Assembly (NCBI GenBank): GCA_965279035.1
Contig: OZ257142.1
Span: 2,656,001 to 2,720,000 of the forward strand
Direction of reading: 5' to 3'
Length of the DNA: 64,000 nucleotides
Source of the DNA: Bacteroidia bacterium
GTDB lineage: Bacteria; Bacteroidota; Bacteroidia; M30B66
Below, in pieces: positions 19,582 through 28,554 of this stretch. The position numbers were made by a program, and so were the translations under genes. The notes below the pieces were generated by a model. It was not told where the DNA came from. It did no database searches and was given only the letters and a program-made list of their open reading frames with translations. Position 1 is the stretch's first letter. Every line of letters starts with the position of its first letter.

Positions 19582-20958
19582 ATGAGTGATATGAAAACGC
19601 TGGTAGACCAGAACAAAGACCGATTTTTAGCCGAATTATTTGAACTTTTACGCATTCCATCGGTAAGTGCAGATCCAAAATACAGTGCTGATGTTTTGCG
19701 CACTGCCGATTCTGTTCGAGATCATTTAATCAAAGCAGGTGCTGATAAAGTTGAAGTTTGCTCAACCGCTGGTTTTCCCATTGTATATGGTGAAAAAATC
19801 ATCGATCCTGCTTTACCAACCATATTAGTTTATGGTCATTACGATGTTCAACCAGCAGATCCAATTAATTTGTGGACTTCCCCCCCATTTGAACCTGTTA
19901 TTCGTGATGGAAATATTTTCGCCAGAGGTTCGGCCGATGACAAAGGTCAAATGTTCATGCATGTAAAAGCTTTTGAATTAATGCTTCAACATAATCAACT
20001 TGCTTGCAATGTTAAATTTATGATTGAAGGGGAAGAAGAAGTTGGATCATCTAATCTAGATACCTTCCTTGTTAATAATAAAGAACGTTTAAAAGCCGAC
20101 TGTGTATTGGTTTCTGATACATCGATGTTAGCGAATGATATTCCCTCTATCACAACAGGTTTACGTGGTTTGAGTTATGTAGAAGTTGAGGTAACAGGTC
20201 CAAATAGAGATTTGCATTCAGGTGTATATGGTGGAGGAGTTGCTAATCCAGTCAATGTACTATGTACAATGATTGCTTCGTTACATGATGAAAACCGACA
20301 TATCACCATTCCCGGTTTTTACGATAATGTAATGGAACTCAGTACCGTTGAACGTGCCATGATTGCAGAAGCGCCGTTTAGTCAAGACGAATACAATGCT
20401 GAATTGAAAATCAATGATGTATTAGGTGAAAAAGGATACACAACTGTGGAACGCACTTCAATTCGTCCAACATTAGATGTAAATGGAATTTGGGGTGGAT
20501 ATACTGGAGAAGGAGCTAAAACCGTTCTACCATCAAAAGCATTTGCAAAAATATCAATGCGCTTAGTTCCAAATCAAACACCTGATGAAATCACTGCCTT
20601 GTTTCAAAAACATTTTGAAAGCATAGCCCCTGCAAGCGTGAAAGTAAAAGTAAGTCCACATCATGGTGGATTTCCTGCAGTAACACCTGTTGATTCGGTT
20701 GAATATCGTGCTGCTGCAAAGGCAATGGAAACAACGTTTGGTAAACAACCCATTCCTGCTCGTGGTGGAGGAAGTATTCCAATTGTAGCTTCATTTGAAA
20801 AAATACTGGGTTTAAAAACTGTATTAATGGGATTTGGATTAGACACCGATGATATTCATTCACCCGATGAACATTATGGAGTGTTTAATTATTTGAAAGG
20901 AATAGAAACGATTCCCTACTTTTACAAATACTACGCTGAAATGAAATCAGCTAAATAA
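19582..20958 (+). CDS. M20-family dipeptidase (Dug1/CNDP-like)
   Basis: YGHYDVQP, RGSADDKG, EGEEE, DLHSG, GGSIP, HSPDE. Confidence 0.92.
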   Translation: MSDMKTLVDQNKDRFLAELFELLRIPSVSADPKYSADVLRTADSVRDHLIKAGADKVEVCSTAGFPIVYGEKIIDPALPTILVYGHYDVQPADPINLWTSPPFEPVIRDGNIFARGSADDKGQMFMHVKAFELMLQHNQLACNVKFMIEGEEEVGSSNLDTFLVNNKERLKADCVLVSDTSMLANDIPSITTGLRGLSYVEVEVTGPNRDLHSGVYGGGVANPVNVLCTMIASLHDENRHITIPGFYDNVMELSTVERAMIAEAPFSQDEYNAELKINDVLGEKGYTTVERTSIRPTLDVNGIWGGYTGEGAKTVLPSKAFAKISMRLVPNQTPDEITALFQKHFESIAPASVKVKVSPHHGGFPAVTPVDSVEYRAAAKAMETTFGKQPIPARGGGSIPIVASFEKILGLKTVLMGFGLDTDDIHSPDEHYGVFNYLKGIETIPYFYKYYAEMKSAK

Positions 20959-20965
20959 AATAAAC

Positions 20966-20998
20966 TCCAGGCAGGAAAGCACCAATTTTCTGCCTGGA
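20966..20998 (+). terminator. Stem-loop after dipeptidase (terminator or mRNA-stabilising hairpin)
   Basis: TCCAGGCAGGAAA...TTTTCTGCCTGGA; no clear T tract, 14 nt before the next ATG. Confidence 0.45.
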
Positions 20999-21012
20999 TA
21001 ATTTATCTTCTT

Positions 21013-21888
21013 ATGATCAGAAAATCGATTGCTTTTATATTTTCTGGAATTCTCCTGATAAGTGCTTGTAATAAAAAGGAGGAGAAATTAATCACTGGAA
21101 ATAAACCTCCACCAGATAATACCATTCCATCAAGTTTGCAGGTTGGCTTTATTAATAAAGCATATATCAGTATTCTAGGACGTGAACCAGATACTGATGA
21201 ATTCAATTCTGCAAAGTCTATTTTAGATCAAACTCAATTTTCTGAAAATTCCCGTAAAAACGTTATTAGTCAAATACTTACTAATGATGAATTTTATGAT
21301 CGTGAATTTGAAATTTATCGGAACGACTTATTAAATAGTACCGATACGATTCAAATAACAGATATGATTAATACGTTTGAGTTTCTACTTACTAGTCCCG
21401 CTTATGAGGCTCAATGGCCATTTATTCAAATTGAACTTACTCGTTTACAAGCATTACGAGCAGTTCCAATGGGCTTGAGAAATGGAACAGTTACATTGAA
21501 AGAAATGCATAAACGCTGTGTAGATAATTACTTCTTTGATCAAATTAATATGGGATCGCTCAATTTTGTCATTGCTACTTTCCAGCATTTGCTATTAAGA
21601 AATCCAACAGAATTTGAAAAAAGTGAAGGAGTGAAAATTATTGATGGGTTTAATGGAATATTATTTCTTCAAATTGCTCAATCGAAAAATGAATATGAAA
21701 GCATTTTTTTCAATTCTGATGCATATTATGAAGGACAGATAAAATTGAGTTTTTATCGATTCTTATTGCGCTTACCTACTTCTGAAGAAACTGCTTATTA
21801 CACAAATAAGTTGAAAGCGAATTCGGATTACAAATCAATTCTGGCTGAAATTCTTAGTAGTGATGAATTTGCCGGTTTAACAAACTAA
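21013..21888 (+). CDS. Uncharacterised lipoprotein with three helical (G)R-x-P-T/D-x-x-E repeats (DUF4214/DUF1549-1553-like)
   Basis: Lipobox ISAC then NKKEE; repeats YISILGREPDTDE, FQHLLLRNPTEFE, FYRFLLRLPTSEE; LTNDEF and LSSDEF ends. Confidence 0.65.
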   Translation: MIRKSIAFIFSGILLISACNKKEEKLITGNKPPPDNTIPSSLQVGFINKAYISILGREPDTDEFNSAKSILDQTQFSENSRKNVISQILTNDEFYDREFEIYRNDLLNSTDTIQITDMINTFEFLLTSPAYEAQWPFIQIELTRLQALRAVPMGLRNGTVTLKEMHKRCVDNYFFDQINMGSLNFVIATFQHLLLRNPTEFEKSEGVKIIDGFNGILFLQIAQSKNEYESIFFNSDAYYEGQIKLSFYRFLLRLPTSEETAYYTNKLKANSDYKSILAEILSSDEFAGLTN

Positions 21889-21892
21889 ATCC

Positions 21893-22375
21893 ATGAAGAA
21901 GATCCTTGTTTTCTGTTTAGTTGTTCTGATATTCCAATCCTGTAAAAAAGAAACGGAGTACATCTATGAGGTTGATTCAACTCAAGTTGAGAAAGATCAA
22001 ACCAATAAAGACATTTCAAAAAGCACCATTGAGTTTTTGTCTATAGCATATTCAGACATTTTTGGTTCAACCATTACTCAAAACCAATTGAATCGTTTAT
22101 CACTGCTTTATTTAGCATTTGGAGATAAGAAACTATTAGAGGATTTACTCATCAAGAATATGATTAATCGTCCGGAATCTCAATTGCCAAGTAATGCCAC
22201 TATGCGTGCTGATGTTGCTGCCTATGTGAAAAGCACTTATATCAAACTGTTTAACCGTGAACCAAACGAATTGGAAGCTTATACTTTGAAGAAAAATATT
22301 GATGAAAATGCCGATTTGACTTCCGTTATGGTTTACTATTCCATGATGACTTCTGACGAATACCGATACTACTAA
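21893..22375 (+). CDS. Uncharacterised lipoprotein, related helical repeat
   Basis: Lipobox FQSC then KKETE; YIKLFNREPNELE...MTSDEYRYY matches the repeat in the previous gene. Confidence 0.65.
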   Translation: MKKILVFCLVVLIFQSCKKETEYIYEVDSTQVEKDQTNKDISKSTIEFLSIAYSDIFGSTITQNQLNRLSLLYLAFGDKKLLEDLLIKNMINRPESQLPSNATMRADVAAYVKSTYIKLFNREPNELEAYTLKKNIDENADLTSVMVYYSMMTSDEYRYY

Positions 22376-22378
22376 ACT

Positions 22379-23692
22379 ATGTCGAATTACATCCCAAGAA
22401 GAAGCTTCCTGAAAAGGACCGCCCTGGCTACTGCAGCAACAATTGCTGCTCCTTACATATTACCGAGCGGGCGTTTGTTTGCATCGTCGGGAAGCCGAGT
22501 AGCAAATCATGTTGTATTTTGTTTATTTGCAGGTGGAATTAGAAACATTGAGTCTGTTGATATGCAACGTGGCAATTTAATGCCTCGCAGTTTAACAGGC
22601 GCGGGTTCAGTTGCTCCTAGTATTGCAGCTGGTGTTGATCCATTACCCAATTTCAATGGTACATCGCTTCAAGCTCAAGCAACATTATTTCGTGAATTCC
22701 GCTATGCACAAGGACCAACAGGACATTTCAACGGACATTCTACTGCACTTACCGGCAATTACACTTTACAAGATTTGAGTATAAAAGAGGCACCTAAAAT
22801 GCCTACCATTTTTGAATATTATCGTAAACACAACAGTCCATCACAAACAGCATTAAATGCTTGGTGGATTTCGAATTCACTTGGTCCCTACCCTTCATTA
22901 AATTATAGTTCCTATCCAGGATATGGAGCTCTTTACGGAGCCAATTATGTTCAACCATTAACATTGATAAGTGGTGATGGCTTAGATGCATTGTCCAATC
23001 CACAAATCTTCAGTCAAGCTGAAAAAACCAAAATAAATTCACTTCGTAATTTTTTCAATGACAGTTTTTCAAAAAGCGGTCAATATGGAAATGCAGGAGT
23101 TGACAATGGATTAATTGATAGAGATCCAGTTCAGGAATTTCTAAGACAGGAATTAATAACAGCAGGAAATGGCGGTTATACAGATCCTTGGGGAGTTGGT
23201 ACAAGTATGAATGGTGATATGTATAATGTTTATTTCACCGAACGCATTATTCAAACATTCAAGCCTGAGTTAACTGTTGTGAATATGCAAGGAGTAGATG
23301 TATGCCACTCCAATTTTACTGAATATTGTAATAATCTTCGAAAAGCCGACTATGCCGTTGGGCATTTATGGGAAACCATTCAAAACACGCCGGGGATGGC
23401 AAATGATACGATATTAATTGTTGTACCAGAACATGGACGAAATTTACAACCGAACACCTTGATAGATCAATTTGGAAATGCTGCTATAGATCATACAAGT
23501 GATGATACTTCGCGAGAGATTTTCTGTTTGGTGGTTGGTCCTCCTGGTAAAGTGGTTCAAAACCAAAATATAACACAGGTTACTGGAGAAAGCATCGATG
23601 TAGTTCCTACTATTGCTCATATTCTTGGCTTCCATGATGAAATTCCTGGAGGTTTGCTTAATGGGCGAATCTTAAATGAATCGTTTGTATGA
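22379..23692 (+). CDS. Tat-exported DUF1501-like / alkaline-phosphatase-superfamily protein
   Basis: Twin-arginine PRRSFLK; HVVFCLFAGG, GHFNGH, DVCH, TILIVVPEHGRN, DH, DVVPTIAHILG pattern of the AlkP core fold. Confidence 0.7.
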   Translation: MSNYIPRRSFLKRTALATAATIAAPYILPSGRLFASSGSRVANHVVFCLFAGGIRNIESVDMQRGNLMPRSLTGAGSVAPSIAAGVDPLPNFNGTSLQAQATLFREFRYAQGPTGHFNGHSTALTGNYTLQDLSIKEAPKMPTIFEYYRKHNSPSQTALNAWWISNSLGPYPSLNYSSYPGYGALYGANYVQPLTLISGDGLDALSNPQIFSQAEKTKINSLRNFFNDSFSKSGQYGNAGVDNGLIDRDPVQEFLRQELITAGNGGYTDPWGVGTSMNGDMYNVYFTERIIQTFKPELTVVNMQGVDVCHSNFTEYCNNLRKADYAVGHLWETIQNTPGMANDTILIVVPEHGRNLQPNTLIDQFGNAAIDHTSDDTSREIFCLVVGPPGKVVQNQNITQVTGESIDVVPTIAHILGFHDEIPGGLLNGRILNESFV

Positions 23693-24633
23693 AAAAGCAA
23701 ATTCTCGTTTTCCTTTCAATTGGTATAGCTGGAATCCTCTTGATTAATTCTTGTAAAAAAGATGAACCTGTTCCAGTAAATCCATACGATTCGATTAATT
23801 ATGGTGACGATACTCCAGAACCCGATACCGTTGACCCTGCTTCCTTAGTTGGTTTGCATCGTAATTTGTTTTTGACAAGATGTGCATTACCTGGATGTCA
23901 CGATGGTGTTTTTGAACCCGATTTCCGTACTATTCAAAGCACCTATTCAACCATGGTTTATGCGCCTGTTAAAAAGAATAATGCAGCCAATTCATTTACT
24001 TATCGTGTAGTTCCAGGTGATACTGCTATGTCGGTTTTGTATGAACGTATTACGAATTGCTGTTTTGTAAATGAAGACGATCGTATGCCTCAGGATAATA
24101 TAGGTACAGCATTGCCAGCATCCGATATTCAACATGTTGGTCAATGGATTATGAATGGAGCAAAAAACGTAGATGGAGAAGTTTCTACTCGTCCCGATTT
24201 AGAACCAGTTGTTCAATATTATTTCGCTGCAAATTCCACGTTTGATATTGAACTTTCGGCTGAAACGAATCGGTTAGACAGCTTAATCTACAATCCTTTT
24301 TACATTCCAAGTGGAACAAGTAGTTTTTATATAGCCGTTCCTGTTACTGATGATATTACACCTACAGGTGAATTATTAGTCAATAAACTTTACTTGAGTA
24401 CAAGTCAAGATAATTTTGCTGGAGCTATCATGTTAACTGCCACCTTTTTTAATATTCCTGGACAAGATCCTATTTGGCTCGTAACTGTTCCAACTTCAGG
24501 ATTAACAGCAGGTGCTCAATATTTCATGAGGTATTATGTAAATGATGGACATCATGCTCAAAACACTGAATTTCCAGAAACGACAAGTAATCCATTTTAC
24601 AAATCCTATTGGAGTTTTATTCTTCAACCTTAA
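23689..24633 (+). CDS. Lipoprotein with putative monoheme cytochrome c domain (CX4CH, distal Met) and C-terminal beta-rich domain
   Basis: Lipobox INSC then KKDE; CALPGCH at 23881-23901; VVPGD...SVLYERI...RMP...HVGQWIMNGA resembles planctomycete-type cytochrome c domains. Confidence 0.65.
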   Translation: MKKQILVFLSIGIAGILLINSCKKDEPVPVNPYDSINYGDDTPEPDTVDPASLVGLHRNLFLTRCALPGCHDGVFEPDFRTIQSTYSTMVYAPVKKNNAANSFTYRVVPGDTAMSVLYERITNCCFVNEDDRMPQDNIGTALPASDIQHVGQWIMNGAKNVDGEVSTRPDLEPVVQYYFAANSTFDIELSAETNRLDSLIYNPFYIPSGTSSFYIAVPVTDDITPTGELLVNKLYLSTSQDNFAGAIMLTATFFNIPGQDPIWLVTVPTSGLTAGAQYFMRYYVNDGHHAQNTEFPETTSNPFYKSYWSFILQP

Positions 24634-24637
24634 TTGT

Positions 24638-25081
24638 ATGAAAAAGCTATTAAGCCTACTCCTACTTTCGCTTGTTTTAGTTTCGTGTAAAAAGGATGAT
24701 GAAGTTGAAATAACATCCACACCCAACATCACATTTAAAAGTATCAGTCCGGGAACCATTAAAGAATTTAAAGATTCGGTAGTTATTGGCATTGAGTATA
24801 CTGATGGAGATGGTGATTTAGGTGAAAATGGAACCGGAATTGAAAATGCCTTTGTTACTGACACTCGAACTAATCTTCTCTATACGTTTAGAATACGTCA
24901 ATTGGCTCCTGATAATGCGAATATCATAATTCGCGGTAATTTGAATATTGTAGTACCATCCATAGGATTATTAAATTCAAGTTCGACAAGTGAAAGTGCC
25001 ACATTCCAAGTTTATATTAAAGATCGGGCTGGCCATTCGAGCAATACAGTAACGACAAGCAGCGTTACAGTTGTGCCTTGA
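24638..25081 (+). CDS. Uncharacterised lipoprotein with DGDGDLG motif
   Basis: MKKLLSLLLLSLVLVSC-KKDDE; YTDGDGDLG; YIKDRAGHSSN. Start taken at ATG 24638 rather than the ORF-track 24542. Confidence 0.7.
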   Translation: MKKLLSLLLLSLVLVSCKKDDEVEITSTPNITFKSISPGTIKEFKDSVVIGIEYTDGDGDLGENGTGIENAFVTDTRTNLLYTFRIRQLAPDNANIIIRGNLNIVVPSIGLLNSSSTSESATFQVYIKDRAGHSSNTVTTSSVTVVP

Positions 25082-25109
25082 TTTTTTCTAAACAATCGGG
25101 TTAAATCGG

Positions 25110-25580
25110 ATGAATAAACTCCTTCAGTTAATTACGTTAAGTTGCGTTTTACTCGTTTGTTCTTGTTCGAGTTATGATCAAGTAACTGCTCCAACTGTAA
25201 GTGGTATCTCGGGATTTAAGATTGGGAAGCTGTCAGAAGGAAAACTTCCTTTAAGTTTCAATACAACCTTAAAAAATCCTGACAAACTTAAGTTTCATGT
25301 GAAACGAGTAAATCTGGAATTGATATTCGCAGGTGTGCGTGTGGCTGAGTTGAAGTCGGAACGCAAAATGAAAATTCGTCGACAAATTGAACCTGAACTT
25401 CATTGGGAAGTGACTGCCGAACTAGCACCATTACTCAAAAAACCGGGTGCATTATTAGGGACGTTATTTCGTGGTAAAATTGATTTCGAAGTGAGTGGTA
25501 CCATGACCATTGGCAAATTTCTTTGGTCAAAAACAGTTCCTGTGAAATTGAAATTACCGGTGGAGATTCCTGTGTTTTGA
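25110..25580 (+). CDS. LEA_2/WHy-domain-like lipoprotein
   Basis: Lipoprotein signal ending CSC; LKNPDKLKFHVKRVNLELIFAG...FEVSGTM beta-sandwich pattern. Confidence 0.6.
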   Translation: MNKLLQLITLSCVLLVCSCSSYDQVTAPTVSGISGFKIGKLSEGKLPLSFNTTLKNPDKLKFHVKRVNLELIFAGVRVAELKSERKMKIRRQIEPELHWEVTAELAPLLKKPGALLGTLFRGKIDFEVSGTMTIGKFLWSKTVPVKLKLPVEIPVF

Positions 25581-25587
25581 TGTGCTC

Positions 25588-25637
25588 CTTCTACTGGCTC
25601 AGGGAGCGACTAAGCCTGCACACTGAGCCTGTCGAAG
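25588..25637. repeat. REP-like inverted repeat (CTTCGACAGGCTCAG type)
   Basis: CTTCTACTGGCTCAG (25588-25602) versus CTGAGCCTGTCGAAG (25623-25637): 15-bp inverted repeat with 2 mismatches. Confidence 0.55.
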
Positions 25638-25733
25638 TGTGATGGTGCGCTGGTTAGTTGATGTGATTTGAAGATTTATTTTTTGAGTTAATCGATTCCA
25701 ACATTTATATCGAAAAATTAGTTTCTATTGGTT

Positions 25734-25768
25734 TCGTAATTCGTATATCGAAATACGTATATCGTTTA
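25734..25768 (+). repeat. Degenerate 7-bp tandem repeat x5
   Basis: TCGTAAT TCGTATA TCGAAAT ACGTATA TCGTTTA. Confidence 0.6.
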
Positions 25769-25792
25769 TCCCAATCATCCAATTTAAAAGGC

Positions 25793-25800
25793 TACATTTG
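25793..25800 (+). promoter_or_regulatory. -7 promoter element TACATTTG for cold-shock gene
   Basis: Exact TAnnTTTG match 60 nt before ATG 25861. Confidence 0.55.
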
Positions 25801-25860
25801 CTGAATCTAAACTGAACTTTGTCTTGTGGCAGGTTCCTAAACTACAAGGCAAAGCAAAGC

Positions 25861-26313
25861 ATGGCAAAATCATCTGAAACCTTTAATAAAAAAGAGAACG
25901 AGAAAAAACGCTTGAAGAAGAAGAAGGATAAAGAGCAGAAAAAAGAAGATCGAAAAGCGAATGAGGGAAAAGCGAAGAGCTTTGATGATATGATTGCTTA
26001 TGTAGATGAAAATGGAAATTTAACTTCTACTCCTCCCGATCCATCTAAAAAACGAGTGGTCAATATTGAAGAAATTCAAATTGGTGTTGCTAAAAAAGAA
26101 GAACAAGAAGCAGAGGATTTATTGAGAAAAGGAACTGTTTCATTTTTCAATACATCGAAAGGATATGGTTTTATTAAAGACCACGTGAGTCAGGAAAGCA
26201 TTTTTGTACATATCAACGGTTTGGTTGATTCCATTAAAGAAAACGATAAAGTAACGTTTACTACAGAGCAAACTCCCAAAGGAAAAAGTGCGGTGGATGT
26301 GAAGTTAGCTTAA
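25861..26313 (+). CDS. Cold-shock domain protein, Bacteroidota long form with basic N-terminal extension
   Basis: MAKSSETFNKKENEKKRLKKKKDK; RNP motifs KGYGFI and IFVH. Confidence 0.9.
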   Translation: MAKSSETFNKKENEKKRLKKKKDKEQKKEDRKANEGKAKSFDDMIAYVDENGNLTSTPPDPSKKRVVNIEEIQIGVAKKEEQEAEDLLRKGTVSFFNTSKGYGFIKDHVSQESIFVHINGLVDSIKENDKVTFTTEQTPKGKSAVDVKLA

Positions 26314-26334
26314 TAGAATTCAGTTAAAATGGAT

Positions 26335-26372
26335 TGCCTGATTGTTATTCTACAATCAGGCATTTCTTTTTT
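26335..26372 (+). terminator. Rho-independent terminator
   Basis: TGCCTGATTGT-TATTCT-ACAATCAGGCA followed by TTTCTTTTTT. Confidence 0.75.
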
Positions 26373-26395
26373 CTAGCTATATTCCCATACAAATT

Positions 26396-26728
26396 ATGAA
26401 TATGGTCACCTTTGAACGTGTTAGAGAATTGGCTTTATCACTTGATGCGAGCGAGGAAATGCCCCATTTTGATAAGACCTCTTTTCGTGTAAAGAAGAAG
26501 ATATTCTTGACGATGAATGAAAAAGAAAATCGGATTTGTGTGAAGCTTTCTTTAATTGATCAATCGGCTTTTGGAGCATTTGATCCGGACTGCATTTTTC
26601 CCGTTCCCAATAAATTTGGAAATCAAGGTTGGACATTAGTTAATTTAAGCCGTGTTCGCGAAGAACAATTGGAAGATATCATAAGGACTGCTTATCATGA
26701 AGTAGTTTCTACACTAAAGAAAAAATAG
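26396..26728 (+). CDS. MmcQ/YjbR family DNA-binding protein
   Basis: VRELALSL...PHFDKTSFRVKKKIF...GWTLVNL...AY pattern. Start at 26396 or 26402. Confidence 0.85.
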   Translation: MNMVTFERVRELALSLDASEEMPHFDKTSFRVKKKIFLTMNEKENRICVKLSLIDQSAFGAFDPDCIFPVPNKFGNQGWTLVNLSRVREEQLEDIIRTAYHEVVSTLKKK

Positions 26729-26740
26729 GATTTTCGATTT

Positions 26741-28393
26741 GTGAAAACCAAGCATCAAAACTTTATTAAAATCAACTGGAATGTGGCATACAACCGTTGT
26801 TGCATTCTCATGCTGTGTTTATTCTGGGGAATGGTTTGTTGGGCTGGAAATGCTGATACAGAATTAAAAAAAGGATGGGCGGCTTTAGTCAAAGATGATG
26901 ATATTGAGGCCATGCGGCATTTTGGAGCGGCACTGGAAATTGCTAGAGAAGAAAACGATCAAGAAGCTGTTGGAACTGCCTTGTTACATTTAGGAATTTG
27001 TTCATACAGTGTGAGTTACAGCAAAGGTTTGGAGTATGCGAATTCTTCAATGAAAGCATTTGAATCCTTGGAGAAATTTAATCCTGAAAAAGCGCTAATC
27101 GGACGAAGTCGATGTTTGCAATTGATTAGCACAATCTATATGCGTCAAGGGAAATTCCGTGAGGCGATCGGATTAAGTAAACAAGCTGAGTTAGGATTTA
27201 AACCGGGGAAAGATAGTACAGGGACTTTGGGACTGATTTATTCGAGTTTAGGTTCAGCTTATCAAGCACTAGGGAAACCGGATTCAACTAAATACTTCTA
27301 TCGCAAAGCCTTGGAAGAACAGCTTTTAGAAAAAAATGAGACCTATTTACCAACGGCTTATTTGAAAGTTGCTGAATTAGAAATGGCTCAGGGAAATTCT
27401 GTTGAAAGCCAACAATTACAGACTAAGGCACGTGAAATTGCCTTTAGAACAAGTAACCGACAGGCACAAGTGATGGTACTTTTAGCTGAATATAGATGGC
27501 TTTTGAAATTCGATCAATCGGAAAAAGAAGCAATGGCAAAGCTCAATTTAGCTGGAGAAATAGCCTTGGGTTTAAGTGATAAATCATTTTTACTACGCTG
27601 TTTAAAAATCAAAGCCGATTGGAGCAAAGAAAAAGGCGATTTTGAAAAAGCATTGGAATATGAAGAAATAATTCAGGATATACGTGATACGCTTTATACA
27701 CGCGACAAAGAAGAAACAGTAAAACGATTAGAAGTTGAATTTGAAGTATCGGAAAAAGATCGAGCATTACGCATTGTTCGACAAGAAAAGGATATTGCTC
27801 AATTAACAAATTCCTTGTTATGGGTTATAGTAATATCGATGATGGTTTTAGTAGTAGGAGTAGTTGGATTTCAGCGAAAAATTAATCGTAGAAACAAGCA
27901 ATTATTAGAAACGCGAGAATCTTTATTTAAGGCGGAAGAGGAGAAGAAAATACTCAAAGAGAAACAAATGCAGAATGAATTAGAATTCAAAGAAAGTCAG
28001 ATTAGTGCCATGGCTTTGCAGATGTTGCAGAAGAATGAATTGATGAGTGCATTAAAAGATCAATTGGAAAAGCAGGGCGGACAAACAAGCGAAAATGATT
28101 TAAGTCGCTTGTTGAATAGAAGTGATTATCAAGATAAAGAATGGTCTGATTTCAATATTCAATTTGAAAGCTTGAATAAGAATTTTTATACTCGATTGAA
28201 AGAAGCATATCCTGAGATAAGTCCAAATGATTTAAAACTATGTGCCTTGATTAAGTTGAATATGTCGATTAAGGAAATGGCGGGGATTTTAAACATCTCG
28301 CCCGACAGTGTTAAAACGGCTCGATATCGTTTACGAAAAAAGTTAAAAATGAATTCAGAGGATAATTTGACGGAGTTTATTTTAGCGTTATAG
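26741..28393 (+). CDS. Membrane-spanning TPR sensor with C-terminal LuxR-type HTH (one-component regulator)
   Basis: Signal peptide, TPR helices, TM LLWVIVISMMVLVVGVVG, coiled coil, LCALIKLNMSIKEMAGILNISPDSVKTARYRLRKKL. Confidence 0.85.
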   Translation: MKTKHQNFIKINWNVAYNRCCILMLCLFWGMVCWAGNADTELKKGWAALVKDDDIEAMRHFGAALEIAREENDQEAVGTALLHLGICSYSVSYSKGLEYANSSMKAFESLEKFNPEKALIGRSRCLQLISTIYMRQGKFREAIGLSKQAELGFKPGKDSTGTLGLIYSSLGSAYQALGKPDSTKYFYRKALEEQLLEKNETYLPTAYLKVAELEMAQGNSVESQQLQTKAREIAFRTSNRQAQVMVLLAEYRWLLKFDQSEKEAMAKLNLAGEIALGLSDKSFLLRCLKIKADWSKEKGDFEKALEYEEIIQDIRDTLYTRDKEETVKRLEVEFEVSEKDRALRIVRQEKDIAQLTNSLLWVIVISMMVLVVGVVGFQRKINRRNKQLLETRESLFKAEEEKKILKEKQMQNELEFKESQISAMALQMLQKNELMSALKDQLEKQGGQTSENDLSRLLNRSDYQDKEWSDFNIQFESLNKNFYTRLKEAYPEISPNDLKLCALIKLNMSIKEMAGILNISPDSVKTARYRLRKKLKMNSEDNLTEFILAL

Positions 28394-28554
28394 AGTTCGT
28401 GTTTACTCGTTGAAGACCATTACATATAAAATGTTCACCTATTGTCTACCTCAATAATTAGCTGAAGGTATTGAATTGATGGAGATTTGTTAAACCGATT
28501 GAGCATAAGAGAACAATCGGTTATACTCAATCAATTCATTTAAATTTGTCGCAC

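Noticed and set aside
25734-25768. CRISPR-like array
   Set aside because: Units are 7 bp with no spacers, and no cas genes or 25-45-bp repeat-spacer structure were seen anywhere in the window.
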